In this document: positions 29,353-39,444 of the stretch, piece by piece
How positions within the stretch are numbered: the first letter of the stretch is position 1
How the letters are laid out: every line of letters begins with the position of its first letter
Virus record (IMG/VR): IMGVR_UViG_3300042453_001906
Source of the DNA: an uncultured virus (IMG/VR IMGVR_UViG_3300042453_001906)
Lineage: Duplodnaviria; Heunggongvirae; Uroviricota; Caudoviricetes
DNA length: 64,000 nt
Direction: 5' to 3' (one strand)
Notes under the pieces: model-generated
Told to the model about the DNA's origin: nothing
What the model saw: the letters and a program-made list of their open reading frames with translations, nothing else
Databases searched by the model: none
Position numbers and translations under genes: made by a program

Positions 29353-32300
29353 TTATTCTCCGAGTACCGTATATGTATCTTGGGTCAGTATGGTTCCGTC
29401 AGACAGGCGGGTTCCTGCCGATTTGTAAATGATTCCGTATAGATTAAGGAAGTCCTGAATAGTGATGTTTCCGAATGAAGTTCCGGCAAGAATGTTCGCG
29501 CTTCCTGCGGTATTTGGGTGCTTGGAAATATCCCAATACGCAAATCCAATCACATCAGCACTTGGATGAGAGCATGTGTACGAGTACGGCAGAACATCGT
29601 CAAGCCTGTACTTCTTGGAAAGGTAACAATACACCACCTGTCGCTCGGTTTCTGTCAGAACACGATCATAGACTATGACTTCGTATATGACTCCACGGAA
29701 AGAATACGATGGGTTCAGGAGAGCATAAGACACGAAGTTTGCACTTGTTATCCCGTATGGGCTGTCCAATACAGGCAGGAGGTACGAACCAAATCTGCTC
29801 AACGACACAGGCTCCGAATTGTATGCCGATTCTGATGCAGCAATATTGAACTGACTTGATCCGCCGGGGCTTGTTGGTCTTGCTATTCTGCGTGATGTAG
29901 TGATCGACAGATTTTTTGCCTCTGTTCCGTTGTGGAAGGACTGTATTCTGCTGTCCGTGGATCGGTTCCATTCTCCCACTATTATGTTTTGCAGTGATAC
30001 TCCAGTGAGTGTTGTCTGATACGGATTGTATGCAATTCTTTCTGATCCCGTGCTGCCACGATTACTTCGGAAACCCACAAGACCTGTTTCATACGGATAC
30101 AAGGACTCGCTTGTTATGGAATTCACAAAATAGAAAGTGCTATTCTGCTTGTTTGAGTCGATGTCAACATCGTAGTACGAACGATTGTAGAATGCGTGGT
30201 CGCTTTCACCTCCGCTCACGGATGTCAGCAGAGTGGACGAAGAACCACTTTGCAGTTGGGGATTCCAAAGATATACAGTCGCTGTGGAATTTATGATTCC
30301 TATTACCGGAAGATTTTGCCGTATTCCTATTTGTATGGTTCCTGATGTGGTCGCTGCTGTTTCGGTGATCACGAATCTCTGCCATTTTGTGGTCAGATTA
30401 CACAAAGTGTAAGTGGTATTTGCCATACCGCGCACCACGATCTTTTCACCACCAACGGAACCCTTCATCCAAACAGAGAATGTATATGGTGTTCCCGATG
30501 CAATATCAGAAATGAACCTTGACTTGAAAGCCCAATCTGGGGTTGCCGTTCCTGCACCTGCGTTAAATGTGACAGATGACGCAGTGGTGTTTCCGTTTGG
30601 ATCGGTGACATTTGCATTTTCTGTGACTGCAATTCCTGTTCCACTCAAGGAATCAGTCCACAGTGTAACTCCCGGCTCCGTGACCAAATTTCCATCAGTC
30701 GTGCCAAACAACGGGTAGTACATGGTTGCAGGTGCAAACTGATGGAACGGCTTGTCTGATGACACGAATCCCAAGCCGTGATTGGATCCGGTGTATCCAG
30801 TTGCCGTAGCACCATTAGCCGTGACTCCTGCCCTGAACACAATGAAAGCCGTCATGTCCTTGGTCAATGTCAATCCGCGAGTAAGCGTGAAAAACTGACC
30901 TGATAGGATTCGTTCTCCCGTCTTTCCCGGTTCAAAAGGAATGTCTGAAGCCAATGCACCCAGAGTGGTTCCTGCGGTGTGTCCTCCGCAAACCCCCGCT
31001 TGCAACCATACGGTATTTGGGCCATAAACCACACCACCATTAAACTGTATTCCTGTTCGTCCAGCGATTCCGCGATCAGCAACGACCAGTGTCGGTCGAA
31101 GTTTGTCAACAGTAACTCCCGTGAACGAAGGATTGGTTGTCCACATGCTCCACTTTGGAGGTAGAGCGTGATTTTGCGAAGGGGAAGCATCCCGCCAGAT
31201 GTCCATGCACCGACCAGTGATCATTGATCCGCCGCACACACCAATGTTTTCTGGCTTCAGCCACAGGGTCAGACCCACCACTGCTTTTGGAGAAGTTCCA
31301 ACGACATCCGGCGTAAGTTTGGATTCGGCAAACCGCAGCCATGCGGTTATTCCACCAAGTGGCGCACCCAACGGATTATGTGCGGTTCTGCCACCCTCGG
31401 GAACAAAGCAATATGTGTACCCAAGCCCTGTAAATCCGCCGCTTCCACCCATGCGGAAAAGAGTTCCGGTGGGTGAAGAAATGCCGCTAGGCCCAATTTC
31501 GGCGGAAGACCCGATGTACGGATTGTAACCAACAGGATACAAGTCACCTGTTGCCCCTCGCGTAATGCCACCACTGCCTCCCGGGCCATCGTTGAAAAAC
31601 CAACGACCAGCAGCAGTTACACCGTTGTTCCGCAAGTCAAATGTGGTTCCAAGCGTATACGGTGTGTAATTTCCAAGAACGGGAACACCAACACGGGTGA
31701 CTTGGCTTGATCCACCCGAAGGAGAATCAACCACGGACTCCAGAAGTATGGAGCCAAACATTTTCATTCCTGCTGGATGAATAAGTTTACGAAGAATGGA
31801 ATAGTATTTGTCTATGCTGACAGCGGACTTCAGAATGTAGGAATACTCTTGATAGAAATCGCCGTCATACAGTTTTTGCGTGGAAGAAATCTTGCCACGG
31901 TTACCCTTGTAGTATCCGGGGTAATTGGTGATTGCGGTCGGTGACAGCAGAACACGAGCAGTGTTGTTTGTTCCGTTTGCGCTCACGACAAGTGCGGTAA
32001 CCGAGTCAAAATAATTCACGCCGGAGTTTTCGATTCTGATCCGCTTCACTGCTCCTGCAAGACCCGTTTGCTCTACTTTGGCAGAGAACCCAACGCCAGC
32101 AGCAGAAATGTAAACAGTGTCTCCAACGCTGTAGTTGGCTCCCGGTGTTTGCACGAAAAACTCACCAAGAACGCTGAAAGTTGTTTCCGTGAACGGTGAA
32201 ACTCCGCTGTCTGATGCTGGAGACAATACAACCGATTGATTTGGCAATATGGTTCCAACAATACTCGTCAAAAACAATTCTGTTACAGGAACACCGTCTT

Positions 32301-32892
32301 GATAATACTTGAACACACGATCTATGTTTGCAGAGCCAGTCAGCACGGTTCCGTTGTACTGCTCTATGCGTCCTCCAACCAAATCATCGTGATACTGCTC
32401 GTTTTGACGAGTCACTTTCACGGATTTCTCTTCGATCCACTCTCCGTCAGATGTTCGAAGTATGAAGTTCTTGGGATACAAAAACTGAACATTGCTGTCA
32501 TACAGTATCCTGAACAGGAAACGATACGCGCTTTCCGTTCCCTTTTCCCCGTAGAACTCCTTGATCTTTTTTACGAGTGTTCTGCGGTTTGGTGATGATC
32601 CCTCAACGCTGACAGCAAGTTGTTCGGGAAAGGAGTCCAAATATTGAGACTTGAAATGGGAATAAAACTGCTCAAGGCTATTGTCTACATCCATGACTTC
32701 GCCCAATTTGCTGTTGACGAAAGACGGATTTCCTTGTTTTTCAGACCACTCGTAATATGCCTTAATGAACAGAATGAGTTTTCTGTAATCGCTTCTCGCA
32801 AAAGAAGGAAACTGATCCTCTATGAATGGAGACAGAATGCCCTCAAGTGCTTCGGCGGGAGTGCTTAGAACTATGTTCTTTATGTCTGGCAT
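29353..32892 (-). CDS. Baseplate wedge protein (gp7-like) with lectin-like C-terminal domains
   Basis: FIKAYYEW, KGTESAYRFLFRILY, FYQEYSY, HPAGMKMFG; LamG-like LWLKPE and YEVIVYDRVL..YLSKKY. Confidence 0.75.
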   Translation of the reverse strand: MPDIKNIVLSTPAEALEGILSPFIEDQFPSFARSDYRKLILFIKAYYEWSEKQGNPSFVNSKLGEVMDVDNSLEQFYSHFKSQYLDSFPEQLAVSVEGSSPNRRTLVKKIKEFYGEKGTESAYRFLFRILYDSNVQFLYPKNFILRTSDGEWIEEKSVKVTRQNEQYHDDLVGGRIEQYNGTVLTGSANIDRVFKYYQDGVPVTELFLTSIVGTILPNQSVVLSPASDSGVSPFTETTFSVLGEFFVQTPGANYSVGDTVYISAAGVGFSAKVEQTGLAGAVKRIRIENSGVNYFDSVTALVVSANGTNNTARVLLSPTAITNYPGYYKGNRGKISSTQKLYDGDFYQEYSYILKSAVSIDKYYSILRKLIHPAGMKMFGSILLESVVDSPSGGSSQVTRVGVPVLGNYTPYTLGTTFDLRNNGVTAAGRWFFNDGPGGSGGITRGATGDLYPVGYNPYIGSSAEIGPSGISSPTGTLFRMGGSGGFTGLGYTYCFVPEGGRTAHNPLGAPLGGITAWLRFAESKLTPDVVGTSPKAVVGLTLWLKPENIGVCGGSMITGRCMDIWRDASPSQNHALPPKWSMWTTNPSFTGVTVDKLRPTLVVADRGIAGRTGIQFNGGVVYGPNTVWLQAGVCGGHTAGTTLGALASDIPFEPGKTGERILSGQFFTLTRGLTLTKDMTAFIVFRAGVTANGATATGYTGSNHGLGFVSSDKPFHQFAPATMYYPLFGTTDGNLVTEPGVTLWTDSLSGTGIAVTENANVTDPNGNTTASSVTFNAGAGTATPDWAFKSRFISDIASGTPYTFSVWMKGSVGGEKIVVRGMANTTYTLCNLTTKWQRFVITETAATTSGTIQIGIRQNLPVIGIINSTATVYLWNPQLQSGSSSTLLTSVSGGESDHAFYNRSYYDVDIDSNKQNSTFYFVNSITSESLYPYETGLVGFRSNRGSTGSERIAYNPYQTTLTGVSLQNIIVGEWNRSTDSRIQSFHNGTEAKNLSITTSRRIARPTSPGGSSQFNIAASESAYNSEPVSLSRFGSYLLPVLDSPYGITSANFVSYALLNPSYSFRGVIYEVIVYDRVLTETERQVVYCYLSKKYRLDDVLPYSYTCSHPSADVIGFAYWDISKHPNTAGSANILAGTSFGNITIQDFLNLYGIIYKSAGTRLSDGTILTQDTYTVLGE

Positions 32893-32893
32893 T

Positions 32894-34765
32894 TTATCTC
32901 AATGAATTTAGTGCGGCTTCTGCTGTTTCGGTTGTGGTTCTAACCACCACAGAGTCCGTATACGATGTGTTCACGCGAAGAATCTGATTTTCGTTTGCGT
33001 ATATGTTCGTGATTTCAGGCTCCACTGATACGATTATCGGAAAAGCAGATGATCCACTTGTGCTTGTGTCTGGAACGAATTTGGAATTCAACCTAACTAT
33101 TCCCGCAGCATAGTCCACGGTTCCAACCGAAGGATATACCACGATGTGATTGTCCGGGTTGTTTGGATCAACTCGCACCACATTCACAACACCCGAACCG
33201 TTGTCTTCCAACATGCAGTCTTCTTGCAGTGTTTCGGTCAAATCACGGTGACCGAACCTGTTGGAAAAAACAGTGGCATAATTGTTTTCGTGGGGGTGGA
33301 AAATGGGATTGCCGAAGTTGAACTCATGGGACTTGTTTTTTATGACCACCGAAGCGTCAACGGTCTTCCTTAGTTTTATTTTGGAGTACACACCCAAAAC
33401 CGATGGGTGAAGGTTGTTAAGCCCCTCTTGCATCTTGGACAAATAGAAGTCTTTTCCGAATTGCTCCAATTTTGCACCGGAATAACCGAAAATGTAGGAC
33501 ACCGCAAGGGTTTTCAAGACACTTGAGGAAACCGGAAGGTTGTCCGCATCATAGGTCACCACGGTTTCAAAAACCAAATCGGTGTACTCGGGATCGACCA
33601 CTTTCGGGACTATGGTAACAATAGAATTGCTTCTGCGTATGTCTTGCTCAATGCTGACCTTTTCTCCGGTTGTAAGCACTCCACCCGATTTTGGTTTTAC
33701 GGCAATGAAAACCTTGCCGTACTGAGGAGGGGTCACGGTTTCCCCGCCGTACACATTCACAGAGGAAATGTTTGGATATTTCTTGAACACCAGAGCAGCA
33801 TAATCGTTTTCGGTTACTGCACGATTTCCGGTCTGATAGAATTTGGGAGCGTTGTACTTTATGCTGGTAACACTCTCCGCATCCGAGCCACCAAACGAAG
33901 CAGAAGCCGTGCTTCCGGTTTCAGGATCGGGATGAAACTCTATTTTGCTTATTGCTGCATCGCTTTTGGTGAACGAATCAACCCCGTTTGCGGATTGACC
34001 GTTTGTTTCCACATATTCAATCATAACCACATTCCCGGTTTCGGGTTGCTGACCCAACACACCATCTCCAAAGTAAACCTCGTATATTCCAGCGTCCTTC
34101 TCTTGGATGAAATACACCTTGCTCGTAGAGTCAAGTGTAAGGTACTGCGATCCATCTGTCCACACATCCGCTATTCCGGTGGTGTCGGTAACGGACTTGT
34201 ACACCCTAACACGAAGAGTACTCATGTCGGCCTTATCATTGGGAATGATTAGATAAGAACCTATTTTTGTGTTTCGGTTGTAGATGTATGTTATGCGGCG
34301 AAGACTGCCCTCATACAAAGTAACAGGAGAAAATGCAGTTGCCCCTGCATCCGCAAAAACAGTGTCAAGATTGACAAACTTGTATCTTGTTCCCGCAGGA
34401 TTCGTGCCTCCGAACTCCGTTCCCCTCGGGAGGTATGTGTCTGAAGACGCTGCTGTAGTTAGGAACACATCCACCACCGCTTTGGACGCTTTGGTTGAAG
34501 ACGGGACATACCCCAAATGCTTTGCATGAGACACCACGGACGGACGCAAAAGTGCGCTGTCCAAGAACATCTCATTTGCCACCATGTTGGAATAGAATGC
34601 TTGATAGTGAGTGTTGTATGCCAACACATCAAGCAATATGTTCAGAACCGATCCATCGAAATTATAGTCTTTGAGTGTGGATTGTGACTGAAGATAGGTT
34701 TTCAGTGATGTCTTGATGTTCTCGAAATCAAGACCAACCACATTTACGGTATTGTTCTGTGCCAT
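32894..34765 (-). CDS. gp6: Baseplate wedge subunit
   Basis: LDFENIK, DYNFDGS, LAYNTHY, NEMFLDSA, FGDGVLG, NRAVTENDY, YGKVFI. Confidence 0.96.
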   Translation of the reverse strand: MAQNNTVNVVGLDFENIKTSLKTYLQSQSTLKDYNFDGSVLNILLDVLAYNTHYQAFYSNMVANEMFLDSALLRPSVVSHAKHLGYVPSSTKASKAVVDVFLTTAASSDTYLPRGTEFGGTNPAGTRYKFVNLDTVFADAGATAFSPVTLYEGSLRRITYIYNRNTKIGSYLIIPNDKADMSTLRVRVYKSVTDTTGIADVWTDGSQYLTLDSTSKVYFIQEKDAGIYEVYFGDGVLGQQPETGNVVMIEYVETNGQSANGVDSFTKSDAAISKIEFHPDPETGSTASASFGGSDAESVTSIKYNAPKFYQTGNRAVTENDYAALVFKKYPNISSVNVYGGETVTPPQYGKVFIAVKPKSGGVLTTGEKVSIEQDIRRSNSIVTIVPKVVDPEYTDLVFETVVTYDADNLPVSSSVLKTLAVSYIFGYSGAKLEQFGKDFYLSKMQEGLNNLHPSVLGVYSKIKLRKTVDASVVIKNKSHEFNFGNPIFHPHENNYATVFSNRFGHRDLTETLQEDCMLEDNGSGVVNVVRVDPNNPDNHIVVYPSVGTVDYAAGIVRLNSKFVPDTSTSGSSAFPIIVSVEPEITNIYANENQILRVNTSYTDSVVVRTTTETAEAALNSLR

Positions 34766-35187
34766 CAGCGAATCCTCTCTAGAACTGTTCTGATCTTGTC
34801 TTTCTCTCCGGTGGCACGAACCCCAAACTCAACATCCACCACATATGAATTGTCATCGGGATTTGAAATCACATCTACCCTGAGACTTCCAATTCGTGGT
34901 TCGTGGTTTCGAAGCGTTCGTATGATACGATCCTTTATCTCAAAAGTGGTAACCGGATCAATTGGTTCAAACAAGAGCGAACGCAAAGAAGAGCCGATAT
35001 TTGGCTGAAACAATCTCTCTCCATAAGAAGTGGACAAAAGATTGAGAATTGATCTACGAATGGATTTGGAGTTCTGAACAATCATCAAATCACTGGTCTT
35101 TGGATTCAACAGCATCTCTGCATCAAGATCAGTGTACACTGGATCTTTGGCAGCAGTTTTTTGATTTGTTCCGATGTAGTTTGGCAT
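34765..35187 (-). CDS. gp25: Baseplate wedge subunit / sheath initiator
   Basis: GERLFQPNIGS, LLFEP, HEPRI, LERIR. Confidence 0.93.
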   Translation of the reverse strand: MPNYIGTNQKTAAKDPVYTDLDAEMLLNPKTSDLMIVQNSKSIRRSILNLLSTSYGERLFQPNIGSSLRSLLFEPIDPVTTFEIKDRIIRTLRNHEPRIGSLRVDVISNPDDNSYVVDVEFGVRATGEKDKIRTVLERIR

Positions 35188-35861
35188 TAGGTGGTTTTCG
35201 TGTGTATCAGATGGTTATTGATGGTATGGATACTGTTCTTTATGACATCCTGCAAGGCATCATCGTCAAAGCCTTCTTCGTGCAATTTGTCCAACTCCGT
35301 AACATCACACCAATGACAGCACACAAATCCCATAGGTGTAAGCCCGTCCTCGCACTTAAGGCTTCCAACCGAAAAATACACGACATTATTTATCTCAAGA
35401 ATTGAACGGAACGAGCAGTCGGGTAGGCTAGAAACCGCAATGATTTTATTTGGCTTTTCGTCTATAAGCGATATGAGTTCCATGTAACGAGTCAACAACA
35501 CATCCTGAGATTCCATCATCATGCTCATTATTCCCGTGGAACACGATTCGTGAGTAACTGAAAACCTCTTTATTGAAGTTCCGTCTGCAAACTTGCCGCC
35601 GTTGTGATACTGAAATATAAGTGCCCTGCCTGCACGAACCATGACGCGGAGTTCTGTTAGGCTTTCGTGTACTCGCGTGTGTGCTGTAATCTTGGATGCT
35701 TCGGTTTTAGCAGACCACTTGTCCATTATTTTGTTTTTCTTGATGATAGACACCACCCCTATCAGCATTCCAAAAACCAGCGCACCAGCAAGTTCTCCAA
35801 AATGAAAAATAAAGTCTTTGAGCATACCAGCCCCTGAACCGGGGTCATCTCCCAAAATCAT
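35187..35861 (-). CDS. Single-TM protein with GAF-like soluble domain; candidate T4 gpT-type holin
   Basis: One N-terminal hydrophobic helix (LAGALVFGMLIGVVSII), then RALIFQYHNG...MGFVCCHW GAF-like pattern. Confidence 0.5.
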   Translation of the reverse strand: MILGDDPGSGAGMLKDFIFHFGELAGALVFGMLIGVVSIIKKNKIMDKWSAKTEASKITAHTRVHESLTELRVMVRAGRALIFQYHNGGKFADGTSIKRFSVTHESCSTGIMSMMMESQDVLLTRYMELISLIDEKPNKIIAVSSLPDCSFRSILEINNVVYFSVGSLKCEDGLTPMGFVCCHWCDVTELDKLHEEGFDDDALQDVIKNSIHTINNHLIHTKTT

Positions 35862-36706
35862 CGAAATGTACTCCCGAACCCACCGCCGCTCGGGAATCCT
35901 CCAAATCCGGGGTTCTGTGCGCGATTAAGAGGATTTGCTGCTCGTGCCTGATCTATGAATGCCGGATTCAGTATTCCTTGCTGAAAGCCTACACCAAACT
36001 TCGTGCAGGGGTCATTGGAAAAGTCTATTGCAAAATTAATGGATGTAAACTGCGAAATGAAGTTCAAAGCATCGTCATACAACTTGTTCACTTCAGCAAG
36101 TGCTTGGTTGATTTCACCCGCAACATTATTGATAGCGGTAACCGCATTTCCAATATCCGCTGCTAGACTGTTAACCTTATTCATAATATCTCCTACTGCA
36201 CCGTTAGTGTCAATCTGATCTAGTATTCGACTCAAATCCGCTTGTACATTCAGAGCAACATTGAGTTTTAATTTGCCGTCTTCCATCATCAGTCCGATAC
36301 CCAATCCAACATCTAGACCTTCTATTCCTAAAGCGCACTGAAAATTGATGGCAGCACCAACTGTGCTTACCAATGACAGCAAATCAGGGCCACTTCCGGT
36401 AAATGGTAGACCCGAAAGCCTGTTTGATTCGTTTGCGTAGTTGGATAGTATGCCTTGCATGTTTCCAACCGTGTTGGACAATTGCTGCAATTGACCAACC
36501 TGTGCGCCCGGAAGCGCACCCAATGCTCCAATGATACTGTCTACCTTTGCCTTGGAATCAGCAAACGCTCCTTGCGCGTTGCTAATACGATCAAGCATGG
36601 GGTTCTGAAAAACAGGATTGTTCCGACCCCAATTAAGAGCATTCTTCCTCTCGTCAGAAAGGGCTGCTTTGCACGGGCACTCTGGTGTTGGGCCTACATC
36701 TGCCAT
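35858..36706 (-). CDS. Hypothetical alpha-helical baseplate-region protein
   Basis: Long ORF between PAAR and gp25; AGGA RBS before MADVG. Confidence 0.7.
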   Translation of the reverse strand: MADVGPTPECPCKAALSDERKNALNWGRNNPVFQNPMLDRISNAQGAFADSKAKVDSIIGALGALPGAQVGQLQQLSNTVGNMQGILSNYANESNRLSGLPFTGSGPDLLSLVSTVGAAINFQCALGIEGLDVGLGIGLMMEDGKLKLNVALNVQADLSRILDQIDTNGAVGDIMNKVNSLAADIGNAVTAINNVAGEINQALAEVNKLYDDALNFISQFTSINFAIDFSNDPCTKFGVGFQQGILNPAFIDQARAANPLNRAQNPGFGGFPSGGGFGSTFR

Positions 36707-36716
36707 TAGGATTCCT

Positions 36717-36983
36717 TTAGTTTGCAAAAACCGATGAAGAGGAAGACACTGCCGGATGACCGCACGATCCCTTGCTTATGCCTTCCACTATGACGGGAAT
36801 TCCGTCTATGATGAGTCGTGGAGTTCCGTTTACGGCAATTGCGTTGTCGTGTTCTCCCGTTCCGTGATCCTCTATCCTATTTCCCTCAAGAGCAACAGGA
36901 AACCCGTCAATCAATACCGTTCTGCTTCCCTCCAAAATAATTCCTCCCGCTGTATCTATGTTAGCCCTGCATACCCTCCCCAT
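36717..36983 (-). CDS. PAAR-like spike tip protein (gp5.4-like)
   Basis: GSRTVLIDGFPVALEG, H..GEH, SCGH metal-binding residues; directly after gp5. Confidence 0.9.
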   Translation of the reverse strand: MGRVCRANIDTAGGIILEGSRTVLIDGFPVALEGNRIEDHGTGEHDNAIAVNGTPRLIIDGIPVIVEGISKGSCGHPAVSSSSSVFAN

Positions 36984-36992
36984 GCTGCCTCC

Positions 36993-38096
36993 TTACTGAA
37001 CATTGACCTTGGCTGGTCTTACCGTTGGTTCGCCTGAATTGATTTCTACCCGTCCCGATTGAGATACCACCATGACACCACCATCTGTTATAAACGATAC
37101 GGATTTTCCTGAGAACCCCACATCGCCAGCAGAGAAAAACTCCATCTTGTTTGCTGATGCCTTGAAGTCTCCCTCACATTGCAGGCTGATATTGTTCTTA
37201 GCCAATATATTAGCATCACCACTCACCTGAATATTTGCTCCACCGCCTATGGTCAGATTTACAGCCCCGTCAACAACAAGGTTCAAACCAACCGAGCCTG
37301 CGATGTATACCATCTTGTCGCCAAGACAAATCTCATACCCGTTTCCAACAATTTTTTCAACTTTTGTTCCGTCTGGATCACCGCTGTCTGTCCATCCGTT
37401 TCCCACCTCCGTGAACGAACCTGATTTGTGTAGAGTGTGTATTCTCTCTGCACCGGGAGTGTCATCAAACTCTTGAACATGACCGCTTTCGGTGTACCGA
37501 ACATGGTTTTTAGGATACACGGCAGCATATGGGGTCGGCGGTTCGCTCCACTCTGTCCTACTCTTCATATCCGGCACACTCTTTATGTTTTGCTTCAGTG
37601 ATGCCTTTTTAAACCCAACGACTGTCTGCTGAATCAAATCAGGAGAATCATTCCTAGCCAATCGGTTTGTGTCTTGTTCATCTGCTATGGACACTCCTAT
37701 CGGATATTTTTTTTCGTCAACACCTTCCTGTGTCGGAGGATACCTGTTTGAAGCATCGTAAAACCCCTTCTCTTTGTCCGGGTTCTTTGCAGGAATTCCG
37801 CCGAAAGAACCCAACACAACAGGGTCTTGCCCCTCTTCGTCATCTCGGAAAAAACCAAAAACATGAGAACCAACAAGAAGTCCGGTGGGAGATGTTCCTA
37901 TTCCCGAAAGAGCAGCACTTGTTACGGGCTGCATGGGGTATGCCCACGGCAAATCCTCCGTAGGCAATTCAATCAAATCGTCCGAGTGGTATCCGAATAT
38001 GCGAACACGACACCGCCCAAGCATGAGAGGATCACCAACATCCTCCACCACTCCATGCCACCAGAAAAATCCTTCTTTGCCTGCAAATTCTCTCAT
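36993..38096 (-). CDS. gp5: Baseplate central spike (OB fold and beta helix, no lysozyme domain)
   Basis: WWHGVVEDVGDPLMLGRCRVRIFGYH, LPWA, YPKNHV..TESGHVQEFDDTPGAERI; start MREFAG. Confidence 0.93.
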   Translation of the reverse strand: MREFAGKEGFFWWHGVVEDVGDPLMLGRCRVRIFGYHSDDLIELPTEDLPWAYPMQPVTSAALSGIGTSPTGLLVGSHVFGFFRDDEEGQDPVVLGSFGGIPAKNPDKEKGFYDASNRYPPTQEGVDEKKYPIGVSIADEQDTNRLARNDSPDLIQQTVVGFKKASLKQNIKSVPDMKSRTEWSEPPTPYAAVYPKNHVRYTESGHVQEFDDTPGAERIHTLHKSGSFTEVGNGWTDSGDPDGTKVEKIVGNGYEICLGDKMVYIAGSVGLNLVVDGAVNLTIGGGANIQVSGDANILAKNNISLQCEGDFKASANKMEFFSAGDVGFSGKSVSFITDGGVMVVSQSGRVEINSGEPTVRPAKVNVQ

Positions 38097-38097
38097 T

Positions 38098-39441
38098 TCA
38101 TACTCCCATGCAATTACGAGACAGTTCCATGCGACAAGCGTACTTCTTGCCAAACCGATGACATATTGATGTGATGATGTAGTCTCCGCTCAGATTTTTG
38201 TCTTCCGGTTCATCTAAAAGGTGACCATCCGCAGCAACCTTCGGGACAAACACCTCCATTAGTTGTCCCACTCGCTTTTCACTGTCGCCGTAAATCTCCA
38301 CGACAAGTTTTTGCGTAAGCATGGTGTTGACCATGTACTTCCGGTTCAGGAAATACTCCTCCACCCTAGAGTTGTCGGTAATCTGATTAGAGTCCGTGAA
38401 CACCGTGTATGGAGTAAATGGCACGAAGAAATATGCTGAATTGCTCTTTTCGAAAAATTCGTTGCTCTCTTTGGTGTCACTCTTTATGTAATGTGGATTC
38501 TTTCCGATCTTCTTGACCTTTTCAAAGATGTCAGATTCCTTGAAATAGTACTCTCTTTTTTCCTTCCGCATCATGTCGTGAACGGTCATCTGAGAACCAA
38601 TAACACCCGAACCTATGTTTTCAATCATGTCAAATCGCATATCCTCTTTCAGACTCTGTATGCGATGGTACATGCTTGGAAGTTTGGATGCACTTCCGGT
38701 CTTTATGCCAGACCCCTCATTGTTTTCGATATTTCTGTTTACATTGCTTTTTACGAAATAGTATTTGTCCTTGAACTTCTCTCCGTCCTCTATGATCTTG
38801 TTCAGGCTCTTGAACTTGTATCCATCCATGCTTTCATAAAAGAAAAAGGGAGAGTAGTCTGTGTCCACCCCAACGACTGCTTTTCTGGCAAGCCAAGTAA
38901 GTGCCTTGAAAGGACTGTATCCCCACGGAAGGACAAAAGAAAAGTTGTCGGCTGTTTGTTCTATGTCCAGTTTGTCTTTCCACAAATACTCCGGGAAGTG
39001 CTTCTTGAATATTTCTTGTGCCATTTCTGACACCTTTCCCTTCACAGAATACCCGCACCTTTCGGTGTAGTTGAAGTAACCACCCTCACTGATGAGGTGC
39101 AGCACATATTCCTGTCCTCTGCCGTTGTCGTCTATGATCTGACTGTCTATCTTGTACACCTTGAATGTCTTTTTCACGGGTTTCACTTCGGAAAAATCCG
39201 TTACAAACTCTAGTTCAAGGGTTTCTTGACCTCGGATCGGTAACTGCTCAGGCAGATTCACCGAATCAATCATGTATATCTTTGCGGTGATGTACGGAGA
39301 AAACATGTCCTCAAACACTTCAAAGTTGGTGTACAGTCCACGGATATCAACATACTTTTCGTTGATGCCGGACTTCAAGACCATTTTACTGATCTTGTAA
39401 TCTCCTGCCTTGGTTATGTCGCTGCCGTGCATGTCTGGCAT
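38098..39441 (-). CDS. Baseplate hub protein (gp27-like)
   Basis: FEDMFSP, LPIRGQE, FFFYES, LSGDYIITSICH; directly upstream of gp5. Confidence 0.75.
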   Translation of the reverse strand: MPDMHGSDITKAGDYKISKMVLKSGINEKYVDIRGLYTNFEVFEDMFSPYITAKIYMIDSVNLPEQLPIRGQETLELEFVTDFSEVKPVKKTFKVYKIDSQIIDDNGRGQEYVLHLISEGGYFNYTERCGYSVKGKVSEMAQEIFKKHFPEYLWKDKLDIEQTADNFSFVLPWGYSPFKALTWLARKAVVGVDTDYSPFFFYESMDGYKFKSLNKIIEDGEKFKDKYYFVKSNVNRNIENNEGSGIKTGSASKLPSMYHRIQSLKEDMRFDMIENIGSGVIGSQMTVHDMMRKEKREYYFKESDIFEKVKKIGKNPHYIKSDTKESNEFFEKSNSAYFFVPFTPYTVFTDSNQITDNSRVEEYFLNRKYMVNTMLTQKLVVEIYGDSEKRVGQLMEVFVPKVAADGHLLDEPEDKNLSGDYIITSICHRFGKKYACRMELSRNCMGV

Positions 39442-39444
39442 AAT

